Shown: one piece after another, positions 8,190-16,532 of the stretch
Layout of the letters: each line of letters starts with the position of its first letter
How positions within the stretch are numbered: position 1 is the stretch's first letter
Origin: Wolbachia endosymbiont of Onchocerca ochengi
GTDB lineage: Bacteria; Pseudomonadota; Alphaproteobacteria; Rickettsiales; Anaplasmataceae
NCBI RefSeq assembly: GCF_000306885.1
Contig: NC_018267.1
Span: 300,001 to 332,000 of the forward strand
Length of the DNA: 32,000 nucleotides
Reading direction: 5' to 3'
The notes under the pieces: generated by a model
What the model was told of the DNA's origin: nothing
The model's database searches: none
What the model saw: the letters and a program-made list of their open reading frames with translations, nothing else
Translations under genes and position numbers: made by a program

Positions 8190-11129
8190 CTAATAAATTT
8201 CAGTAGGACACCCAGTTGGACCCATAAGAACTATTTGTTCACCTTCTTTGAGATATTTACATAAACTAGTGGAACCACCGATTTCATGAACAATCGTAGA
8301 AATAATTCCCTTTTTCCTATCTACTTCAGTGCCAGTTACAGCTATGCCTTCCATAGCAAGGTTAGTTTTCCTACTATTCCTACTATTGGTTTCAAAGTTC
8401 TGCAGCCTAAAGAACTGTCCAGGTTGAAAATTTTTTGCAGCAAGAGGTGCTTTAATCACTATTTCTAGCACTTTATCAGTTAAATATTGAACTTTCATAA
8501 CCCTTGCAGTAAATTGCTCTTTGATCTTGTTGAAAAATTCTTCGTGAGACTGGTCTCCAAATTTTTTCCGAATCTTAGTACCTGCCATTTGGATGATACC
8601 TTTTTTTGTAAGAGTTACTCTTACATTACAACATTCATACAATCGTGTCCACGAAGCTGAAACCTCAGCTAGAGGAGCATCAACTCCACTCAAAAGCTGA
8701 GAAATGATAGGATAGCCGTTCTTAACACTTGCCATAGCTTTCACAACACTACCTCTATACGAAGGGTGAAGATCACCAAAGAAACTAATCGTTTTACCAC
8801 CTTGATTATATACTAATATTCTATCTTTATCTTGCATCTTAGGAGAAAATATTTGATCTACTTCTTTCCCTGATGAATTTAGATGAGTAAAATATCCATT
8901 GCTCAATTTAAAGTTTTTTTTATCTTCTTCTGCAAGAACTATATTTGGTTCAGTACCTGCTGCTATAAAGATAGAGCGCGCTTTTATATGCTTAATTTCT
9001 CCAGATTTTATATCTCTCAGTCTTATCGACTCTGCATGATTATATTTATCTGTTACAATTTCAACCGGCTCTAAATTCTCAATAAAGTAAACCCCTTCTA
9101 ATAATGCATTTTGCACCTCCTTACTATTTAGTCGATAACTTGGCGAATCTTTCAGATGTTTTCTATATATAATTTTTATCCCCCCAAAGTTCTGCATTAA
9201 CTCCAATATTTTTGTTTCCCTATTTTCTTTTTTTGCTAATTTTTGCTCTTTTCGAATCAATTGTGCATGCGATATAAACTCATCTGCGATTTCATATTCC
9301 TCTTCTGTCCAGTCCCTTTCAATGTAGCTTTTTCCGTATCTATCAACCAATGTTTCATAGCGAAGAAGAAACTTTTCTATTTGAACTGGATAATATGATA
9401 AAGCTTCAGTGGCAGTATCAATTGCAGTGAGTCCTGCACCTATAACAACTATCGGCATACGAACTTGCAGGTTCGCTATGGAATCAAATTTAAGGGCACC
9501 AGTAAGCTGTAATGACATTAGAAAATCTGACGCCATGCGTACTCCACGAGCTAATACATTTTTTACTTTAATCATTCTTGGCTTACCAGAGCCAAGCGCT
9601 AGTGCAATGTGATCAAACCCTAAACTGAATGCATCATCAACAGTTACTGTACCACCAAAGCGAATACCTCCATAAATGGCAAAATTCTTATGTCTTTCCA
9701 ATAATAGTCTGATAACCTTTAAGTAATTCTTATTCCACCGAGAAGTAATACCATATTCTGCTACTCCACCAAACCCACCGGCAGAACGCTTACTTAATTT
9801 TTCATGTTTAAAATCTTTAATCAGCTCAAAACTATCCATCAAAGGTTCAATCTTTAATCCATCAATAGCAATAACGTTATGCCCATCATTTAACAAATGA
9901 TGAGCTAAACTAAATCCTGCAGGACCAAGACCTACAACCAGAATGTTTTTGCTAGTGTTTTCTTTTGGTAGTGGCCGCTGAAAATTTAAAGGATTCCAAC
10001 GACTAAGCAAAGAATATATTTCAAAACCAAATGTTAAACTAAGCACGTCATCCAAAATTTTCGTCTCGATCACCGGTACATCCACAGGTTCTTGCTTTTC
10101 TTGATATATGCATGAATTTGTACAGTCATTGCATATTCTATATCCAGTAGCCGCACATAGTGGATTATCTATCATTACAATTGCAAGGCTGGCTATGCTG
10201 TACCCCTTGCTTTTTACCAGATTCATTTCTGATATTTTCTGCTCCAGTGGACAGCCGTGCAGTTCGACTCTAAGTGGAGAAGTTTTGAATGTTTTATCAT
10301 CATTAATTAACCCCTTAGAGCAGCTATCTTTATTCTGCTTATGACAAAATATGCAATAGTGAGCATTATCTAATCCTTTGCTCAAGTTTACCTTTTCACT
10401 TGTTAGGTCAAAACCATATCGTCTTTTTATTTTTTTTGAATACAGAACCTCAACTTCTTCTACTTTTTTTCTAGAAAATGATACAAGATTTTCGTAGTCA
10501 GTTTTTCTATGAATACTAAAAAGTATACTCTGTTTATTTTTCACTCTCCACGCTGCATATTGTGCCGCAAGTTCTATTTCTTTTTCATGATTTTCTCTAT
10601 CTTCTAACCAGAATATCACCTGTTCGGCAAAGCTTTTCTCTGTTATCGGCAAAGTGAAAAAGCGATTTAGTTCACTAGTAACATAATCAATGTCAATACT
10701 CGCTATATCAGCATATCTATTCAATGCATAACGCTGAACAAATGATCTTTTGCATTTATATATTACATTAAAGTCATCATGCTTTTTTCTCAGCTCTTCT
10801 ATTTCTTTCTCGATGTTAAAAAGCTTTGTGATAAATTCATCAAGTAAATACGAAAGGTCTATAATTAGTTGACTATCAGTCATTTGTATAGTTGATACTA
10901 GTTGTCTCTTAGTTTCTAGTGTCAAGGAGCACTGGGATGACACTGGAGAGTTAGCTGAAATCAATCTGAGTGACATCAAAGAAGAAGCTATTTTTTTTCT
11001 CGCTTCAATCAATGAAAAAAATAAATTTTCATTGCATGATTTGATGTAATCTAAAAATATTTTATCTAATTTTATTAACCCATCGCGGGTATATAAATTT
11101 GAAAACGAAATGTTAAAATTTAGCTGCAT
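8190..11129 (-). CDS. fused oxidoreductase: unknown N-terminal region, GltD-like Fe-S/FAD/NAD(P) module and PyrK/FNR-like FAD-binding module; apparently 3'-truncated
   Basis: Cys clusters CIFCHKQNKDSC, GCPLEQKI and CAATGYRICNDCTNSC match the glutamate synthase small-subunit / dihydropyrimidine dehydrogenase N-terminal Fe-S pattern. Dinucleotide folds are NILVVGLGPAGFSLAHHLLNDGHNV and PIVVIGAGLTAIDTA. The C-terminus, FQPGQFFRLQNF...EGEQIVLMGPTGCPTEIY*, matches the FAD-binding half of PyrK/ferredoxin-NADP reductase-like proteins. The ORF stops 8 residues after GPTG. Roughly the first 260 aa have no motif I recognise. Confidence 0.8.
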   Translation of the reverse strand: MQLNFNISFSNLYTRDGLIKLDKIFLDYIKSCNENLFFSLIEARKKIASSLMSLRLISANSPVSSQCSLTLETKRQLVSTIQMTDSQLIIDLSYLLDEFITKLFNIEKEIEELRKKHDDFNVIYKCKRSFVQRYALNRYADIASIDIDYVTSELNRFFTLPITEKSFAEQVIFWLEDRENHEKEIELAAQYAAWRVKNKQSILFSIHRKTDYENLVSFSRKKVEEVEVLYSKKIKRRYGFDLTSEKVNLSKGLDNAHYCIFCHKQNKDSCSKGLINDDKTFKTSPLRVELHGCPLEQKISEMNLVKSKGYSIASLAIVMIDNPLCAATGYRICNDCTNSCIYQEKQEPVDVPVIETKILDDVLSLTFGFEIYSLLSRWNPLNFQRPLPKENTSKNILVVGLGPAGFSLAHHLLNDGHNVIAIDGLKIEPLMDSFELIKDFKHEKLSKRSAGGFGGVAEYGITSRWNKNYLKVIRLLLERHKNFAIYGGIRFGGTVTVDDAFSLGFDHIALALGSGKPRMIKVKNVLARGVRMASDFLMSLQLTGALKFDSIANLQVRMPIVVIGAGLTAIDTATEALSYYPVQIEKFLLRYETLVDRYGKSYIERDWTEEEYEIADEFISHAQLIRKEQKLAKKENRETKILELMQNFGGIKIIYRKHLKDSPSYRLNSKEVQNALLEGVYFIENLEPVEIVTDKYNHAESIRLRDIKSGEIKHIKARSIFIAAGTEPNIVLAEEDKKNFKLSNGYFTHLNSSGKEVDQIFSPKMQDKDRILVYNQGGKTISFFGDLHPSYRGSVVKAMASVKNGYPIISQLLSGVDAPLAEVSASWTRLYECCNVRVTLTKKGIIQMAGTKIRKKFGDQSHEEFFNKIKEQFTARVMKVQYLTDKVLEIVIKAPLAAKNFQPGQFFRLQNFETNSRNSRKTNLAMEGIAVTGTEVDRKKGIISTIVHEIGGSTSLCKYLKEGEQIVLMGPTGCPTEIY

Positions 11130-11142
11130 TGCATATATTATG

Positions 11143-11162
11143 CAGTGTATACACTGTTTTTT
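11143..11162. repeat. perfect 14-bp palindrome CAGTGTATACACTG followed by T6 (plus sense), in the 46-nt fabZ/oxidoreductase spacer
   Basis: The sequence is read directly as tgCAGTGTATACACTGttttttac. The T-run follows the hairpin only in plus-strand sense, antisense to both flanking genes. It could be an operator or promoter element for the 979-aa gene, or a terminator of antisense transcription. Confidence 0.5.
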
Positions 11163-11175
11163 ACAGACGAAAACT

Positions 11176-11631
11176 TTATATACTCTGCAACATAGCTAAA
11201 ATTATTGCTTCTGCAACCTTTTTTTCACTAACATATGCAACACACTCAAATTTACACGCATTTAAACGTGCATTTTTAATAGTAGCCTGAAGAATCAATA
11301 CATCTCCTGGAGTAACTGGCTTCCTAAATTTTGCATTTTCAATGGACATAAAGTAAACAACTTTATTTTTCACTGTGCTTTGACTTTCTTTACTCAGAAC
11401 ACATATTGCAGATGCCTGAGCTAGAGATTCAATTATCAAGACTCCTGGCATTATTGGATAACCAGGAAAGTGACCAACAAAAAATGGCTCATTGAAAGTT
11501 ACATTTTTGATCGCTTTTATACTTTTACCAGGATTACACTCTATCACTCTATCTACTAAGAGAAATGGATAAGAATGTGGCAGTATTTTTATAATATCAC
11601 TGATATTAAACTGCATGGTACCTGAAAGCAA
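11176..11631 (-). CDS. fabZ: 3-hydroxyacyl-ACP dehydratase FabZ
   Basis: ILPHSYPFLLVDRV, FFVGHFPGYPIMPGVLIIESLAQ and the hot-dog fold C-terminus identify FabZ. An alternative start lies at MQFNISD (11616). Confidence 0.95.
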   Translation of the reverse strand: MLSGTMQFNISDIIKILPHSYPFLLVDRVIECNPGKSIKAIKNVTFNEPFFVGHFPGYPIMPGVLIIESLAQASAICVLSKESQSTVKNKVVYFMSIENAKFRKPVTPGDVLILQATIKNARLNACKFECVAYVSEKKVAEAIILAMLQSI

Positions 11632-11633
11632 GC

Positions 11634-12194
11634 TTAATTAACGCCTTTCAAAGTAAACTCGCGCATTTCCTTGTTTATGTTTTTTAATAATACATCTGAT
11701 AAATCAACTTTATCCATAGAGTATAAAATTTGGTTTTTCTTTGGGAGAAAGAATACCAAATCTATGCTGTTTTTTTCTGCAGTTTTTCTAGCAACTTCTT
11801 TCATCTTATTAAAAATATCCTCCACTGCATCTCTATAGCTCTCTTCTAAATGTGACATTTTTTTAGCGTAATTATCTCTAGCGCTTACAGCATACTTGTT
11901 AAATTGATCGGCTTTTTCCTTTCTTGCTTCCTCCGATAAAAGTTCAAATTCTTCTTTTGAGGATTTAAATTTTTCTAGCTCACTCTCAAACTCTTGCTGC
12001 AGTTTAGAGCTTTGCTTTTTTATTTGTTGTTGTATATTTTGTAGAGCAAGAGATTCATTGATAACTTTATCACTATCAACAATCACAATTTTTGCATTGA
12101 ATGCATTCTGAGGTTGCTGTTTTACAGCTTTATAACTTGCAAACAATGAAATAACTAAGGCAATAACTGATATAAGCAATTGTGTGTACTTCAT
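11634..12194 (-). CDS. skp: OmpH/Skp-family periplasmic chaperone
   Basis: The 186-aa product has a signal peptide (MKYTQLLISVIALVISLFASYKA) and a long charged coiled-coil body. It sits between bamA and fabZ, the conserved position for skp. Confidence 0.85.
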   Translation of the reverse strand: MKYTQLLISVIALVISLFASYKAVKQQPQNAFNAKIVIVDSDKVINESLALQNIQQQIKKQSSKLQQEFESELEKFKSSKEEFELLSEEARKEKADQFNKYAVSARDNYAKKMSHLEESYRDAVEDIFNKMKEVARKTAEKNSIDLVFFLPKKNQILYSMDKVDLSDVLLKNINKEMREFTLKGVN

Positions 12195-14540
12195 TTAAAC
12201 TCCCGCTTCAATAGAAAACTTAATATTTGACGATGGTACTATATCATATGGCTCTTTAACTAGAGGGAAACCAAAATCTAATCTAAATCTACCACCAAAA
12301 GGAGAAGGCATTGAAAAACCAAAACCAGGTGATATCCTCACAAGCTTACTGTCATAATAGTCCTTCTCATACCCAGATTCCTTACTTTTATCATCTAGGC
12401 CAAAAAGCGTTGCGTAGTCAACAAATAATGACCCTTTAATAGCAACATAATCATATAATTTTAGCAGTGGAAAATCCACTTGCTGTGTTAAGTTGAAATA
12501 AGTTTTACCTCCTAAGCTTTCATTTTTATCTTTTGTCCTTGGTCCAATACCAGAGAGGTCAAATCCTCTAATTTCATTACCACCTTTAAAAAAGTGCTGG
12601 CCAATACTTAGCTTTTTAGAAGCATAAGAAAAAACATGACCTGCAGCTATTTTAAAGCGTAGTATTGTATCATCATCAATATTCCTTAATATAGGATGTA
12701 TATAAAAAGACAAAAACTCAGATTTGAGGAAATTTACATTCCCTCCTAGCCCTGAAATATCCTGGCTTAAGCTTAATAAATACCCATCTCTTGGAGAGTA
12801 GAGGTTATCCAGCTTACTATAAGCTAACGTGTACCCCAGTGATGAAATGTGATGCTCGCCTTCTCGGTCAAGTATTATTTTAGAAATACCGCTATTATCT
12901 TTTCCACCCTTATTATCCATCCGTATATGGTTATATTTATAATAATAGCGGAGAAAATTAGTTAAGTTTTCTGTAACTTTATATGATAACTTTGCAAAAA
13001 AACCCATATCACAACTATTGAAAGTAGTGTTTGGTTTATCTTGCTTTTCATAAAATATACCTACACCCAGTGATGTATCAGAGTCGTTAAAGTTGCTTTC
13101 GATAACTTCTAAATCAGTTGAAAATGAATATTGGCCTTTCTCAAGGGCAAAAGAGAGTTCTTTTCCACCACCAAACAAATTACGGTCTTTAAAATCAGTT
13201 TTTAAAAATGCTCCACCAGGGAAAGATATTCCTCCTCCTAAGTATAACAAAGTAGTATTTTTTTCTTTAACATTTAAGTCAAGATTCACCGCATTATCGT
13301 TAATCGCATAGCTATCTATTTTTACTGTCTCAAAAAAATCACTACTAACCAGTTTTCTATATGACTTTTGGATCTTAGATGTATTATATGCATCACCTTC
13401 CGCTATACTAAGCTTACTTCTGATTACTTTATCTAAAGTGCGGTCATTACCACTAATTATGATTCGATTCACATAAATCTTCTTGCCTGGCAGTACTTTG
13501 TAAGTTACATCTATAACATTACCACGCTGTGTATATTCTGGATTAACCTCTGCAAATATGTACCCTCTCTCGCTTAAGTATTTGTTTATCTTCTCTACTA
13601 CACTATTAACTTTAATCTTATCAAATACTTTATTATCTTCTTTAGTTATCAGCCCTAATAGTTCCTCTTTTATGATCGAGTCTTGGATTCTAGCTTTAAT
13701 ATTAATTTTATTGTTTCCAAACAAGTACTGCTCTCCTTCATCGATTAAAAAAGTTAAAACAACTTGATCATTGTTATCGATCTCAACAATTGGCTGTATG
13801 TTATTTTTAATATAACCTTTAGAGGAATAAAAACTATCGAGCAACTCTTCATTGATCAACAAATATTGTGGTGAATAATGATTTTTACCTTTAAAAAAGA
13901 CCATAAATAACTTACTAAATATATCATCACTTTGCATTTTAACAGCTTGCTTCAACTCATTCTCAGAGAAGTTTTTATTACCTATAAATCTTATATCCCT
14001 AATTCTAGATGTTTTACCCTCTTTTATTTTAAAAACTAAATTCACTCTATTACCATCAAGCTTGTTTAGTGCATACTCAATTTTAGCACCAATCTTACCA
14101 CTATTTCTATAAGTTGTGGCTAAGTTCAATAGATCATTTTGTAACTTTGTTTCAGCAAAAATGGTCAAAGGTTTTGACTGAATTACATTATTTAGCAGTT
14201 CTTTGCTTTTAAATAGCTTATTACCTTTTAATGTTATCCTATTGATCAGTGGATTTTCTTGAACTTTTATTACTAAATTTTTTTCATCATCAATGTAAGC
14301 GTTAACACCAGCAAACAACTTTGTTTTATATAAATCTTTTATAATCGAGTCTAGGCTATTATCATTTACATAACTACCAGGCTCTAATTTTGTATAAAAC
14401 CTTATTGTTTGATTACCAACTCGCTTATTACCAATACATTTAATATCATTTATTTTAGTTTTGTTATCGTTTTCTAAAGCAACGAGTAGAACAGGAACAG
14501 AAATAAAAATTACTATTAGCATGCAAAACAGCCTTTTCAT
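12195..14540 (-). CDS. bamA: outer membrane protein assembly factor BamA (Omp85)
   Basis: The 781-aa product has a signal peptide and repeated POTRA-like units (I.I.GN....). It has a C-terminal beta-barrel ending in ...RFRLDFGFPL...FSIEAGV. It lies in rseP-bamA-skp-fabZ synteny. Confidence 0.95.
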   Translation of the reverse strand: MKRLFCMLIVIFISVPVLLVALENDNKTKINDIKCIGNKRVGNQTIRFYTKLEPGSYVNDNSLDSIIKDLYKTKLFAGVNAYIDDEKNLVIKVQENPLINRITLKGNKLFKSKELLNNVIQSKPLTIFAETKLQNDLLNLATTYRNSGKIGAKIEYALNKLDGNRVNLVFKIKEGKTSRIRDIRFIGNKNFSENELKQAVKMQSDDIFSKLFMVFFKGKNHYSPQYLLINEELLDSFYSSKGYIKNNIQPIVEIDNNDQVVLTFLIDEGEQYLFGNNKINIKARIQDSIIKEELLGLITKEDNKVFDKIKVNSVVEKINKYLSERGYIFAEVNPEYTQRGNVIDVTYKVLPGKKIYVNRIIISGNDRTLDKVIRSKLSIAEGDAYNTSKIQKSYRKLVSSDFFETVKIDSYAINDNAVNLDLNVKEKNTTLLYLGGGISFPGGAFLKTDFKDRNLFGGGKELSFALEKGQYSFSTDLEVIESNFNDSDTSLGVGIFYEKQDKPNTTFNSCDMGFFAKLSYKVTENLTNFLRYYYKYNHIRMDNKGGKDNSGISKIILDREGEHHISSLGYTLAYSKLDNLYSPRDGYLLSLSQDISGLGGNVNFLKSEFLSFYIHPILRNIDDDTILRFKIAAGHVFSYASKKLSIGQHFFKGGNEIRGFDLSGIGPRTKDKNESLGGKTYFNLTQQVDFPLLKLYDYVAIKGSLFVDYATLFGLDDKSKESGYEKDYYDSKLVRISPGFGFSMPSPFGGRFRLDFGFPLVKEPYDIVPSSNIKFSIEAGV

Positions 14541-14547
14541 GTTTATC

Positions 14548-15729
14548 TTAAAAAAGATGCCTTATATCATTCGATATTGCAATTACCATCAGCAAAAATA
14601 ATATGGTAGCACCAAAAGTAGCTGCATATTTGTGATACCTCGGACTTAAATCTCTACGTATAATTGCCTCTATAATATAATTAAATAAGTGTCCACCATC
14701 TAGTAGTGGAATTGGTAGCAAATTAACTGCAGCTAAAGTAGCTGAAAGGACCGCCATAAAATATAAAACCATAACAAATCCCTTTTTAGTTGATTGTACT
14801 GAGTACTTCGCAATTTTTATTGGTCCACCTATTTCATTTATACTTCTCTTACCAATAACAATTTGAAAAAGAGCTTTAATTGTCAAGTACATAACGTGGT
14901 AAGTTTCACTTACTGATAGACTCACAGCTCCAAGAAAAGATGACCGTTTTAGCCCCGCTATGTTAACTGAAGTAATTCCTATAGTCTTTCTTTTTATTTC
15001 ATCACCAAAAATATCTTTATCCTCAGTTATTAATGGAGTTAGGGTAGTTTTATGTCCCTTGTTATTTCGACTATATCTAATTTCCACTTTGGCTTCTGGG
15101 CTTAACATCATCACACGTGAAATATCTTCAAAATATTTTATTCCATATTCATTAATCTGTGTAATAATATCACCTGGCAATAAACCAGCCTGATCTGCTA
15201 CGCTACCCTCGATTACACTCCCAATCACTGGTGGAGTACGATAATAGCCTGTTATACTAAAAAATACCGTAAAAGCTATAACAGCTAGTATCATGTTTGC
15301 AAGTGGCCCTGCAAAAACTACTGCTGTTTTCTTATATCGTGGTTTTGTATGAAGCGAATATAACCTTTCTTCCTCAGTTAGCTCTTGTTGACTAACTGGA
15401 ACGTTTGCTGTATTATTATCTCCTAGCATTTTAACATACCCACCCAGTGGGATGGCACTTAATTTCCATCTAGTTCCAAACTTATCATAAAAACCAAAAA
15501 TTTCAGGGCCAAAGCCTATGGAAAAAGATTCAACCTTAACTTTACACGCCTTAGCGATAATATAGTGCCCATACTCATGCACAAATATTATAATAGAGAT
15601 AATTAAGGAAAATGACACAAAATAATATATTCCATCACTAAATTGATGAATAAGATTAGAAACTAACTCCACTTGTATCTCAGATCTTGAACAAAACATT
15701 AAGTATATTAAAACGTGCTCGCTTGACAA
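14548..15729 (-). CDS. rseP: RIP zinc metalloprotease RseP
   Basis: The HEYGHY (HExxH) motif lies in TM1. A PDZ segment (GSVADQAGLLPGDIITQIN) is present, as is the C-terminal NLLPIPLLDGGH motif. The track start is TTG. An ATG at 15699 (MFCSRSE...) or a later start is possible. Confidence 0.9.
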   Translation of the reverse strand: MSSEHVLIYLMFCSRSEIQVELVSNLIHQFSDGIYYFVSFSLIISIIIFVHEYGHYIIAKACKVKVESFSIGFGPEIFGFYDKFGTRWKLSAIPLGGYVKMLGDNNTANVPVSQQELTEEERLYSLHTKPRYKKTAVVFAGPLANMILAVIAFTVFFSITGYYRTPPVIGSVIEGSVADQAGLLPGDIITQINEYGIKYFEDISRVMMLSPEAKVEIRYSRNNKGHKTTLTPLITEDKDIFGDEIKRKTIGITSVNIAGLKRSSFLGAVSLSVSETYHVMYLTIKALFQIVIGKRSINEIGGPIKIAKYSVQSTKKGFVMVLYFMAVLSATLAAVNLLPIPLLDGGHLFNYIIEAIIRRDLSPRYHKYAATFGATILFLLMVIAISNDIRHLF

Positions 15730-15770
15730 GCATTTAATTTTACCTTTAAATCAAGGAAAATTTAATACCA

Positions 15771-16043
15771 ATGACGGATATCTCTTTATTAAGAAGAAAA
15801 TTGATGTATAGAAGCTGGCACAGAGGGTGCAAAGAAACTGATATACTCTTGGGGTATTTTGCACTGAAGCATCTTGATAAATTCTCCCTAAACGAACTCA
15901 TTGAATATGAGAGGATAGTTGATCTTGATGACTATGAATTATATTATTACATGACTCGTAAAGTAGACTTCCCTTCTAATGTAAGCAGTAAGATAATGAA
16001 TTTAATTATTTATTTTATTGAAGCTAATCCCCTATGCGTTTAA
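15771..16043 (+). CDS. sdhE: succinate dehydrogenase FAD assembly factor SdhE/SDHAF2 (DUF339)
   Basis: The 90-aa product begins LLRRKLMYRSWHRGCKETDILLGYF, which matches the SdhE R.RRG..E.D.LL signature. Size and helical character also fit. Confidence 0.85.
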   Translation: MTDISLLRRKLMYRSWHRGCKETDILLGYFALKHLDKFSLNELIEYERIVDLDDYELYYYMTRKVDFPSNVSSKIMNLIIYFIEANPLCV

Positions 16044-16279
16044 CGATCTTATCTACCCTATTTAGTACTTCAGTATATCCTGTTTTTTTTCATTTTTGTG
16101 CTTTTCACGCTATCGATTCTTCTCTTCACTTTCATAAGATATTTTGTGTACTATCCATATAACTACTTCTAATACTTACATATAACATAAAAATCCCTAG
16201 CAATAACTTAACCATCATTTTTATTCTATTAACAATATAAATTCTTCTCACTTATCAAGTTAAACAACTTTTTACTGCT

Positions 16280-16480
16280 AAGAAAATATATTTTGAGATA
16301 TTGACTTTTTGTAAACTTCTATGCACCAAATGGTTTACCTTTTTTGACTTATAACTCCTAATTAAAAAAACAAATACCATAATTTCAATTCTACTATGGA
16401 ACTTAAAAGTACCTCAAAAACCTATCAACTGTGTAAGCCTTGATGACTATCTCATCTAGGAAAGAATATATCTTTGCCAT
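16280..16480 (-). pseudogene. remnant of an HU/IHF-family DNA-binding protein gene
   Basis: The remnant lies directly downstream of rpsA, the position ihfB occupies in E. coli. Translation gives ..SFLDEIVIKA.., a frame change, then LTQLIGF*GTFKFHSRIEI...KKVNHLVHRSLQKVN. This compares with the HU/IHF consensus V.L.GFGTF.V..R..R.GRNP.TGE...I....V..FK.S..LK..VN. A TGA sits inside the GFG motif. The RNP.TG arm is unrecognisable and the N-terminal ~25 aa are missing. Confidence 0.45.
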
Positions 16481-16532
16481 CTTTATTATTAGATTAGATT
16501 TCGTTACCACTTATACGAAGCTAAAACTCTAA

